47,080 nucleotides of DNA from a virus (Duplodnaviria > Caudoviricetes): the IMG/VR virus record IMGVR_UViG_3300020325_000026, positions 1 through 47,080 of that record. The stretch is one strand, 5' to 3'. Positions 9,701 through 17,969 of the stretch are shown here, piece by piece. The notes below the pieces were generated by a model. The model ran no database searches and was not told the origin of the DNA. It worked only from the letters and a program-made list of their open reading frames with translations. Each line of letters begins with the position of its first letter. The first letter of the stretch is position 1. The position numbers and the translations under genes are program-made.

Positions 9701-11241
9701 TCGTAAGTTTGTGTTCCAAGATTCATTTCTTGGAAATCAGAAATTCTAATAGCAGGACTGCCACTAAATTCTACCAAATCTTTTTCAGGTGCTTGTCTCT
9801 TTTTATTTGCAACAGGAGTAGCAAGATCATCAAACACTAACTTGCTTGCGGTGAATGGATATGAAATTAAATCACTCGTATCATTTCTAACAGCACCATC
9901 TCGCAACCTCTCTGTAGTATCTGTCAGATTACTGATTGTATATTCTAAAGTTACAGCACTACCATCATCATAATCAAAATCACCTAAACCATTACCAGAA
10001 CTACTGACTTTACCAAAGTAATACCTATCAGGTGTTCCGCCAACAGGATTATAATTTTGATCTACATATGTCAAGTAATAGAATGATGGGTCTGCATCCA
10101 AAGAACCACCATATACTTTCAAAGGAGTAGCAGAGAATTCATCTCCTTTATCTAACTTCCTCCTCCATACAAGGTCACCATTTTTTGAATACTTAGATAA
10201 CAACAGGTATACCTGAGTTTGATCACCTTGCCACGACAATACAATAGTTTGTTCAGTCTCACCATCAGATCTAATACCAATAGGTCTAACTGAAAGACCA
10301 CCAAATACATTCGTAGTATTAGTAGTTCCCCTTTGCCAGATAAGATTTCCTTCTCCAGTTAACTTAGCAACCCATTGTCTGGTAGGAGATCCATAAAAAC
10401 CAGCAACATAAATCTGATCTTTACTATCAATATACAGTTCATCAATACCTACTGGAGCTTCGTATCCAAAATTGTTTCCACCTTGGATATCATAGTGACG
10501 TTCAAATGATTTGTCCCACATCACCTGTCCAGTATTCGTATCAATCTTGATAAGGTATCCTTGGGTCCTACCAGTATCAAGAGTACCACCAGCAACTACC
10601 TCACCTCTATCATTAACACCAATAGAATTTAAAACAGTATTGTCGTTTCCATCTCCAGTATATACTACCTTTCTCCATACAGGTTGACCAATATCATCAT
10701 ACTTTTCTACAAAAGATTCGCCCTGTTGATTTTCACCACAGACATAGACACAACCAGAATCATCACAATCAACATCCTTGATTATTCCATTACCATAGTA
10801 ACTTGTCGCCTGCCATTTCTGCAAACCACTAGAACGATACTTAGCAACAAATGGAACAGGACCTGATGCATCAGCAACATATCCAACAGCAGCAATCTCT
10901 CCATTGTAATCAAGTTTGATTGCATTAAATCTAATCTCGCCAGCAGGATCAGTGGAAGATGCAGTAACATTCCACTCTTCTGTTGTTGTTGGATTCTCTG
11001 GGTCAGTTTCAATATCATAATCTCGTTTACTAATCCATCCGAGATCTTTCGTATTAGAATTTGAATTGTATCCACCAATAATATACTTTTGATCAGAGTA
11101 ATTGTAGATAATATCTTTAGGTATCCAAGCACCTAAAGGATTGGAAGATTCATCTACCTGTTGGAAAAAATTATTGGCAACAGTGCCCGTCGAACCCAGA
11201 AGAAATAAATTTCTGGCGGCGCTACTAAAACTAACTGGCAT
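6754..11241 (-). CDS. Multi-domain tail fibre/adhesin: beta-propeller-like N-terminus, Gly-rich domain, two LamG/concanavalin-like domains and a carbohydrate-binding-like module
   Basis: 1495 aa; WxxxxG propeller-like repeats; VSVVCVGGGG Gly-rich region; FDGTND...WHHV...YLDG...GKIGEVRIY...LT and WNHV...GRIAELRIY LamG signatures; GQTYTVSAYLR...LTTEWVRY. Confidence 0.7.
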   Translation of the reverse strand: MPVSFSSAARNLFLLGSTGTVANNFFQQVDESSNPLGAWIPKDIIYNYSDQKYIIGGYNSNSNTKDLGWISKRDYDIETDPENPTTTEEWNVTASSTDPAGEIRFNAIKLDYNGEIAAVGYVADASGPVPFVAKYRSSGLQKWQATSYYGNGIIKDVDCDDSGCVYVCGENQQGESFVEKYDDIGQPVWRKVVYTGDGNDNTVLNSIGVNDRGEVVAGGTLDTGRTQGYLIKIDTNTGQVMWDKSFERHYDIQGGNNFGYEAPVGIDELYIDSKDQIYVAGFYGSPTRQWVAKLTGEGNLIWQRGTTNTTNVFGGLSVRPIGIRSDGETEQTIVLSWQGDQTQVYLLLSKYSKNGDLVWRRKLDKGDEFSATPLKVYGGSLDADPSFYYLTYVDQNYNPVGGTPDRYYFGKVSSSGNGLGDFDYDDGSAVTLEYTISNLTDTTERLRDGAVRNDTSDLISYPFTASKLVFDDLATPVANKKRQAPEKDLVEFSGSPAIRISDFQEMNLGTQTYEVASASGPAQGQQLFVRSQADYTSMLSSGQLKTESNAFTFPITNSGSNFRSEGVGGLLLTFTNPIPYSSQVRILDNNNVTATWLNQTSATGSSVQHINGWKTVASGSGTLNTIFFQRTDDPSYDAGFCGILVDGYLLFDGGYDLGERDQVFTAPAGVTSVSVVCVGGGGAGGGALAYKNNITVVPGANYNIQVGAPGYNIGGAGSNNGTSGTLSQFVSSGATVVAEGGVTGSTTRATQQGQYDGGGDGGYSYNGGGYSGGGAGGYSGNGGDAEIGYTVGPDANSGAGAGGDWAYNGGGGVGVLGKGTTGSSGSGGGGGGSGGTAGIAQGTENAASVTGGTYGGGFTGRWEGNQGGPGAVRVIWGANRQFPDTNTADVSSSAGGSNTTFVLDESGKGNDVEVDGATLNAAGYWEFDGTNDKLVGPPCNTILSANSSIELWVNFDDVTTRQTIISGYDSTPNTNPNRWDFEITDDRFRGGFHGNGYFNSSTTINTGEWHHVMFVLDSVSNTLKFYLDGVEDFSQSCNGFDFGGPDVDLGIGDRNDSSIGPMDGKIGEVRIYRRALTAAQVFQNYNSTKSKYIAEASDTAPRVTNDPILVDSSSLLNYDFGNKACYDPATNILFGSEDWNHPGWLGYCGAGTKGYNGVDVNTTEVLTPVGDNTAIGFYRTTSNCAAGNAYGIHWFVSNSGGSALVQSGQTYTVSAYLRGKVGGETVQLGFDDGATTNHQLTTEWVRYTHTGTPSTGTTRGFQAVVNDQNAGFYLWHPQVERGSNVGRYVPTYGTSINLSYGINSLVPTETGGTFNDEPKNQFIDGTVRCNGSFEFITFSNPSITVSDGSSSTVSWTAELWIKPDAYTGSSDIADLLSDGTYKIELEQGGSDAGKIRYNYSSTVSNFSTQTLTAGQWNHVVVKFSPFPAATSVSIQAWINNTFAMNTGHSEPLQQIVNRSGVGFKGRIAELRIYGKDLTDAEREGNWNATRAKYGL

Positions 11242-11252
11242 CTGTTATATCC

Positions 11253-14200
11253 TCAGCTAAAGTCTGTGTTTCCTTGTCCAAAGACTCTGATTACACCAGA
11301 ACCGTCTTTGATAATAACGAAAGTGAGAATGTCTGTATTTGATGTAGCAATTGGTGGTGAACCACCAGACCATTCTACGCCGTTGGTAATACTATTACCA
11401 TCAACAGAACAAGCGTCACCATATGTAGACGCCGTAGAAGCATCAATAATTAGAGTCAATGTGAGTGACTGGTTGTTCGCAAGAACATTACCATCTGGGT
11501 CAGCAGTGTTAAATGACCACTCGTTAATAGCAGTGTTCGATGCTGTATTACCACAGATAGTATTTGCTGCAGCAGCAGTCACATTAAGAACATTGCTGTT
11601 AATAGTGAATCCACTATTGAAACTACTGAATGATTTCTCTAGAATTCTACCACCAAGAACTGCTGCACCATTAACCTCAAGTGCAGGTGATCCAGCTGGT
11701 CCAACTAGAACACCAACTGATGTTAGTGAAGAGTCAACAACTGTTGAACCAAGAGCAGTAGCAGACAGTGCTAACTGGTTACCAATAACAAACTTCTTAC
11801 CGAATGCAATCTCAAGGTTTTCTGAGAATGTCCAATACTTATCTGTTCTGGTGTGGTCATAAAGGATTGTCTTGTCTCCAGTGCCACCAAGTGATTGATC
11901 AGTACCCTTAAGAATAATACCACCACCATTTGCTGCAAGATCAGCAGGACCCTGAGCAACAATTGTTGCTGTTCCACTACCAGTAACTGAGTTGGAAAGT
12001 AATGCTTGGTTACCATTGAGAGAAACAATAGTAGTACCACCAGGAACACTGATACCACCAGTGGTAGAGTTAACTTCCATGCCAGGAATCAAACCAGCAG
12101 TTGGTGTGATACTGGTGATGGTGGAAGATCCATCAACTGTAATACAAGAGAAGGTTGTGTTAACAACAGCAGCAAGTTCTAGGTTCTTATCGTCAACCTG
12201 CATTGTGGTTGAGTTAATACTGACGACAGTACCGTTGACTGTCAATGATCCTTGAATCAAGGCATCGCCATCAACAGTTAGTCCATTGTTAATAGTAACA
12301 TCGAAAGAGGAATTACCTTTAATCCATGCTTCTGTACCAGAACCAATGACTAACTGCCTGTCACCAGATGGATTGTCTAACTGGTAAGTAACGTTGGTTG
12401 AGTTCTCGTTATCTGCTGGTCCAATAATAACATTACCTGTACCAGTAACACCATAACCAGCATAGTGACCAATGGCAACGTTCGCTTCGCCCGCCTGATT
12501 ACTCTCAAGTGTGTTGTTACCCACTGCGACGTTTTTATCGCCCGAAGTATTCGAGAGCATCGAATCTCGTCCGACCGAAATGTTGTTCGTGCCGACACCA
12601 TTTTGACTCAGAGCCCTTACACCCACTGCAGTATTCGATGCACCGCTATTACATGTAATGAGTGCTTTGTAGCCGACCGCAGTATTCTGAGATCCCGAAG
12701 TGATGTTGTCAAGACATGCAACACCGATTCTAGTATTGGTTCCAACACCACCAGCACCTCTACCAATTGACATTGGATCTGTTTGTGTGCCACGAATTAG
12801 GATGTCAGCTTTCTCAAAGTTGGCAGTTGAATTAACTACAAAGTCATCACTGATTCCTGTTCCAAGTGTAGCACTCTTTGTAACTTCAAGATCATGATTG
12901 ACCAGTGTTGTACCAGTTGCTGCGCCAATAGTAATAGAAGATGCAGCACTGAAAGCAAGGATAGAAGTTGCTTGAGTATTAAAGATCGTAAGACCACTGG
13001 ATGTAGTGGTCAATCCATTAAGGATATTAGGATTGTCTTGGAAGACAAGTTTAGCAGTACCAGTAGTATCACTAATCAGTGCTCTCAACTGAGTGGAAGT
13101 TGTTGAGTTGAATACTGCAAGAGTATCCGAAGTCATTGCTACGTTACCACCCTGTCTGAAGTTGACAGTGATTTCTTGTAAGTTATTATCTGATGTTAGT
13201 AGTAGATCTCTCTGTACGTTTAATTCTTTAGCATCTCTGATGGTTAGTGTTGCTGATGCTGCTGATGAAATAGTAACACCATTAATAGTTGTAGCACTAG
13301 CAGTTCCCAGATCTGGGTTGGTCATCGTAGGAGACGTTAGAGTCTTATTAGTAAGAGTCTGTGTCTCGTTCTCTGTTACAAATCTGTTGTCAATAGAACC
13401 ATCAAAGGATCTCCAGTATCCACCACTGTTAAACCACTGCAGTTGTCTGTAACTCTCGATGTTACCATTTGCATCTGCAGTCAGGTTAACCTGAATACCA
13501 CCATCTGCTGCTTGTAAACTATTTCCCTTTCTCAGTTCAATAATATTATCTTCTACTTGGAGAACACTGGTATTGAAGATCGTTTGTGTACCCTCTACAA
13601 CCAAGTCACCACCAACAGTGAGTGTTGTTCCGTCGTCTTCTAGAATACTATTTGTAAGTTGTCCGTTACCACTATCCCACTTCATGACAGTGTTGCCAAT
13701 GAAGTTAGCGTTGTTCTTTAGACTAAATTCGTTTGCTGCTTTTACAATACCACCAGCAGCTGATGCAGATGCACCCGTGTCAGTGTTAACTGAACTAATA
13801 GTAATCTCAGTTACACCAGAATTATCTGCTGTACTAATACTAGTAGCACCAGATGCGAGGATTCTGAAATCACCAGATCCTAAGACTTCTGAGTTAGCAG
13901 CAACCTTTGTTACTGTATTGGTATCTGTACTATCAATCGAGATAGTGTTGCCTGACTGGGAGACGGTAGTGTTACCGCCACTACCACCAGTGATAGTAAC
14001 ATCACCTGATACCAGAGATCCACTGCCACCACCCTTAACTCTAGTGACAGTATTGACTGACTCGTATGTGATAGTTGGATCACCGTTTGCATCCTGACCC
14101 TGTGCCACAGAAGCAGCACCACCAGCAAGGAAAGTAAAATCACCAGAAGCAAAAGACTGACCAGAAGTTGCTCTGACTCTAGTTACAGTATCAGTATCTT

Positions 14201-14873
14201 GACCAGAGACAGTGATTGTCTGTCCTACCTGAGATACTGTAGTGAAGTTACCAGCGGCGATAGTAACATCACCTGAGACTAAGTTACCACCTGAGGCAGA
14301 CTGTAGTCTAGTAATAGTATTGTTGTCCTGAACTGTACCAGTCAGAGTAATAGTATCTCCAGATCTAGCAAGTGCAAAGTTAATTGCATTCTCCCCTGAT
14401 GGTACAGAACTTGCGACTGCAACTGCAAAGTTAATACCAGTAGAAGTACCACCAGGACTGGAGGTAATTAAAATAGTTTTGATTGCGTCGGTACTACCAT
14501 CTCCAGCAGACATGCTGTACTCAGTGTTATCGTTAGGAGTAACTACTGAACCACCAAGAGGAATAGTAGATCCGTTGATCGTAATACCACTGTTAACAAG
14601 AGCACTGTTAGCGATATTGGTAAGAGTATTCAGGTTACCAGATATGGTACAGTTATTGAATACTTTATTTGTTAGTGTTTGAGTCTGGTCTAAGTAAACA
14701 TCGCCAGGTACACCCCAGAAAACGTTTGTTCCGTCGCTAGTTAAATACTTGCCATTACCAGTGTCACCACCAACAACAATACCATTGTTTGTTAGTTCTA
14801 AGTTGTCTCCTGCTACAAGTTCTTCAATCTTTTTTGATGTAGAATTAACAATCAGTGGAAAACGATCAGCCAT
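11253..14873 (-). CDS. Tail fibre-like structural protein with YadA-head-like 14-aa repeats
   Basis: 1206 aa; QTLTNK motifs, tandem NTVTRV...SGD repeats, G-x-x-N-x-A-V-G-x-x-A-L repeats. Confidence 0.7.
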   Translation of the reverse strand: MADRFPLIVNSTSKKIEELVAGDNLELTNNGIVVGGDTGNGKYLTSDGTNVFWGVPGDVYLDQTQTLTNKVFNNCTISGNLNTLTNIANSALVNSGITINGSTIPLGGSVVTPNDNTEYSMSAGDGSTDAIKTILITSSPGGTSTGINFAVAVASSVPSGENAINFALARSGDTITLTGTVQDNNTITRLQSASGGNLVSGDVTIAAGNFTTVSQVGQTITVSGQDTDTVTRVRATSGQSFASGDFTFLAGGAASVAQGQDANGDPTITYESVNTVTRVKGGGSGSLVSGDVTITGGSGGNTTVSQSGNTISIDSTDTNTVTKVAANSEVLGSGDFRILASGATSISTADNSGVTEITISSVNTDTGASASAAGGIVKAANEFSLKNNANFIGNTVMKWDSGNGQLTNSILEDDGTTLTVGGDLVVEGTQTIFNTSVLQVEDNIIELRKGNSLQAADGGIQVNLTADANGNIESYRQLQWFNSGGYWRSFDGSIDNRFVTENETQTLTNKTLTSPTMTNPDLGTASATTINGVTISSAASATLTIRDAKELNVQRDLLLTSDNNLQEITVNFRQGGNVAMTSDTLAVFNSTTSTQLRALISDTTGTAKLVFQDNPNILNGLTTTSSGLTIFNTQATSILAFSAASSITIGAATGTTLVNHDLEVTKSATLGTGISDDFVVNSTANFEKADILIRGTQTDPMSIGRGAGGVGTNTRIGVACLDNITSGSQNTAVGYKALITCNSGASNTAVGVRALSQNGVGTNNISVGRDSMLSNTSGDKNVAVGNNTLESNQAGEANVAIGHYAGYGVTGTGNVIIGPADNENSTNVTYQLDNPSGDRQLVIGSGTEAWIKGNSSFDVTINNGLTVDGDALIQGSLTVNGTVVSINSTTMQVDDKNLELAAVVNTTFSCITVDGSSTITSITPTAGLIPGMEVNSTTGGISVPGGTTIVSLNGNQALLSNSVTGSGTATIVAQGPADLAANGGGIILKGTDQSLGGTGDKTILYDHTRTDKYWTFSENLEIAFGKKFVIGNQLALSATALGSTVVDSSLTSVGVLVGPAGSPALEVNGAAVLGGRILEKSFSSFNSGFTINSNVLNVTAAAANTICGNTASNTAINEWSFNTADPDGNVLANNQSLTLTLIIDASTASTYGDACSVDGNSITNGVEWSGGSPPIATSNTDILTFVIIKDGSGVIRVFGQGNTDFS

Positions 14874-14902
14874 CTAACCTAACGGATACTAGTGCTCGTG
14901 TT

Positions 14903-14909
14903 TATTTAT
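14903..14909 (-). promoter_or_regulatory. T4-type late promoter (cATAAATA)
   Basis: ATAAATA in the short intergenic gap, 30 nt before ATG at 14873. Confidence 0.65.
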
Positions 14910-14913
14910 GTCA

Positions 14914-16962
14914 TCAATTAATATTGATAGTGCCTTGCATGCCACCATGGAACTGACAGACGTAATAAAACGTACCCGATAGACCTTCCGTGTAAACAGT
15001 AACATCACCAGATACTGAACCGTTTCTCAACACACCATAGCCACTACCCTGATAAGACTGAAGTTGATTACCTGTTCCTGTAGTGGCAGCAGTCTTAATT
15101 AAGAATGGGTGACCAGATACATTCAACTGGAATATAATCTTGTCTCCAGAAGTTATATTGAGAGTTGGATCATTTGCATCAGTGAATGAATTAACCCTAT
15201 CACTACCATTTAAAACATAATGACTTGCACCTGAATTTGTTACACTAAATGTATGAGTCACTGTACTGCTTGAGGGAGGTTCAGAATATAATCTGAATGC
15301 TCTAGGATATCTCATCTCTCCTTTTCTTCTACCATACACCTCAGAAGTATAACCAACAAATGGTCTTGGAGACTGAGCTAGGAGATACTTATTTGGACTA
15401 TTCTTTCTAGCAGTGTTATCACCAAAGGTTCCACCATTAATATCAAAGGTCATGTCACCTTCTTTACAGAACTTATCTGTGTATGCGTATGCTTGTTCTT
15501 GGTTGAATCTTAGTTTACCTGTTGCCAAGCATGCAATAACACCACACACTTGAGGTGATGCCATACTAGTTCCTTGGATAGGATAGAAGAAGTTACCAGA
15601 TCCCTGACTGTACTTATTATCATTCAAACCACCACTGTTTCCATAGGCGGAAAGAATGTTATCGCCAGGTGAGAACAACGTAACGCCAGGACCAAAGTTA
15701 CTATAGGTGGACTTTCTAAAGTCTGCTTGCTTGTTCAATGCACCAGTAATGATTCCACCAGCATCAGGAGTGTTAGGCCATCCACCTCTATTATAATAGA
15801 AAGTTCCAACACCATTGACATTCATAACATTATCCCAATCGGGATCTTCTGGTTCTGCTACTAAAAGATTATCATTGCCAGCAGATCCTACTATAATAAT
15901 ACCTTCTTCAATAGCATCCTGAACATCAGCAGCAACTGCTGCACTGTATGATGGGTAGTCTGCTAAGTTAAATCTAACACCAAAGTCATCTTCCACACCA
16001 TTCTGATTCCAACCAGATGGTCCTGGATTACCACTATTATAAGTTACACCTCTAAATGTTACCGAGTTTAGATCACCGAACTGGAGGTTCTGTTCGTTAG
16101 GCATGTATCTAATGCCACTGTAACTATGATTAGTGACCGTAGGATTCTTCCTACCAGTTTCATTATTGATACCTTTTGTTCTATGGAATGCTCTGAGGTA
16201 ATCAAAGATCAATAGAATACCAATTTGCTGTCCACTTTGCCATGCTGCAGTCACAGCAATGTTGTAGATGTTCGCCTCATTTGCCCATCCATAGTGCTGA
16301 CCAGCAACCGTACCACACACATGGTTACCATGGAATCTAGATAGAGATCCATTCTGGTGATACTGAATAGTACCTGTTGGTTCTGTTTGTCCATCATCAT
16401 CAATACTATTGACAAGAGTATTCAACTCATTGAACCATTGGTATTGAACGAATCTGGTGCTACCCTTAGAAGGACTGTACCACTCCTCACTATCATAAGA
16501 GATAGGATCATCAACAATAACAACGTCTACATGTCTTCCGTTATTGAATACTTGAACGTCATCATTCGTTTGTTCGTAACCCCATCCTTGGTTGATAGGT
16601 CCGAATGCACCTTTACCACGTTGAGCATCAGTTCCAGCACAGTGAATGTGTCCCCACTGTAAATCATTAGAAGATACAGTTGATGGTCCTTGAGTATCTG
16701 CCTTCCAGAAGTTACCACTCTTACCGTATGGTTCTCTGTTAATAACGTTTGGTTTAATTACGAAATCATCTACAGCTTCTACACCCCATACCCTTGGGTC
16801 TTCACGTAGTTCTGCTGCTTGTTCTTCAGTTAGGTGATAGTTTGTATTTCTACTGATAGGTCTCTTCTTAGATAGGCGGATATTCTTTCCCGCCATATCA
16901 GCATAAAAATTTGGTAAGTCCTCTCTACGATGTAGAGTAACGATGTATACTTTGGTTGACAT
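14914..16962 (-). CDS. Subtilisin-like S8 serine protease with I9-like prodomain and C-terminal cupredoxin-like domain
   Basis: Triad motifs VVIVDD, HGNHVCGTVAG, GTSMASPQV and oxyanion GSAGND; C-terminal GHPF...YYVCQFHGGMQG. Confidence 0.85.
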   Translation of the reverse strand: MSTKVYIVTLHRREDLPNFYADMAGKNIRLSKKRPISRNTNYHLTEEQAAELREDPRVWGVEAVDDFVIKPNVINREPYGKSGNFWKADTQGPSTVSSNDLQWGHIHCAGTDAQRGKGAFGPINQGWGYEQTNDDVQVFNNGRHVDVVIVDDPISYDSEEWYSPSKGSTRFVQYQWFNELNTLVNSIDDDGQTEPTGTIQYHQNGSLSRFHGNHVCGTVAGQHYGWANEANIYNIAVTAAWQSGQQIGILLIFDYLRAFHRTKGINNETGRKNPTVTNHSYSGIRYMPNEQNLQFGDLNSVTFRGVTYNSGNPGPSGWNQNGVEDDFGVRFNLADYPSYSAAVAADVQDAIEEGIIIVGSAGNDNLLVAEPEDPDWDNVMNVNGVGTFYYNRGGWPNTPDAGGIITGALNKQADFRKSTYSNFGPGVTLFSPGDNILSAYGNSGGLNDNKYSQGSGNFFYPIQGTSMASPQVCGVIACLATGKLRFNQEQAYAYTDKFCKEGDMTFDINGGTFGDNTARKNSPNKYLLAQSPRPFVGYTSEVYGRRKGEMRYPRAFRLYSEPPSSSTVTHTFSVTNSGASHYVLNGSDRVNSFTDANDPTLNITSGDKIIFQLNVSGHPFLIKTAATTGTGNQLQSYQGSGYGVLRNGSVSGDVTVYTEGLSGTFYYVCQFHGGMQGTININ

Positions 16963-16963
16963 A

Positions 16964-17938
16964 TCAAGCCTCTAGTCCAACAACAGTTACAGATACCTGC
17001 AAGTTTACCGTACTACCACTCTTGTTTACTGCTTTGATATAAATGATATTGTTTTGTGTGTCACTATATCCAATTGGTGCTGGCGTGAGTTTCTGAGTAG
17101 AAGAAGCAGTGGTGATTACTTCTGCAATAACACCATCGCCAGGAGTTGGGTCTGTTTGTTCACCTCTATTTGCATCGTTTGTTCTGCTGTTGGTATCTGT
17201 GTAGACCGTTACCCATGCAGCATGTGAGGTTTCAATTTTCAACAACGAATATGTATTTGGAGCACCATTAATTGACAAGTTATATGAACTACCATCAGAA
17301 GCACTTGGTTGTGTCACAGACAATGACATTCGTCTGCCTACATTAGAATTAACCCAGTTGCTACCGTTGTAACCAATAGTCTGACCAGGCCAAATACCAC
17401 CAGAGAAGGAAACATCACCAATGTCATCGATGTTAGCAATACTAGCAGAAGAACCACTGATACTAATATTATAAGTTCCAGACAGTCTATCTACTGGCAA
17501 TGTACCAGCATTCTGGTTGCTAGAATTTTGGTAATAAGAACCCTCTTGACCGTCAAGTTTGTCAGCATCTAGTCCACTACCAGAACCTGGCGATAGATTT
17601 TCCCACTTGAGATTAGGTCCGTTCCAGTATAGAAGATCACCTGCACTAGGGATAGCAGTGTTAACATCAGTGTGGTTGTTGAGAACACCCACTGATGTCA
17701 AGTAACTACTCAAATCTGGTGGTGTATATGTAAACACACCGTTATTACTATTATAAGTTAATGCAGTAGTTCCTGCGCTAGCAGTAGTAGCACTAAAAAC
17801 AGTTCGATCAGTAGCAGTAGCACCAGATCCAGCAGCGTTCCAACTTTCACCATTCCACGAATAAGTAATACCCGCTACCGTATAAGTAAAAGTTCCGTCA
17901 GTTGCCTGCCCTGCTGTTGAGGGAAAATTAATTGCCAT
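16964..17938 (-). CDS. Virion structural/fibre protein
   Basis: 324 aa; MAINFP start, GSGLDADKLDG fibre motif, LTYN...GVFTYTPPDL module shared with the neighbouring gene. Confidence 0.7.
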   Translation of the reverse strand: MAINFPSTAGQATDGTFTYTVAGITYSWNGESWNAAGSGATATDRTVFSATTASAGTTALTYNSNNGVFTYTPPDLSSYLTSVGVLNNHTDVNTAIPSAGDLLYWNGPNLKWENLSPGSGSGLDADKLDGQEGSYYQNSSNQNAGTLPVDRLSGTYNISISGSSASIANIDDIGDVSFSGGIWPGQTIGYNGSNWVNSNVGRRMSLSVTQPSASDGSSYNLSINGAPNTYSLLKIETSHAAWVTVYTDTNSRTNDANRGEQTDPTPGDGVIAEVITTASSTQKLTPAPIGYSDTQNNIIYIKAVNKSGSTVNLQVSVTVVGLEA

Positions 17939-17961
17939 TGGTTAAGATGCTCCTTCCGTAT

Positions 17962-17968
17962 TATTTAT
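17962..17968 (-). promoter_or_regulatory. T4-type late promoter (aATAAATA)
   Basis: ATAAATA followed by AAGGAG SD and ATG at 17938. Confidence 0.7.
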
Positions 17969-17969
17969 T

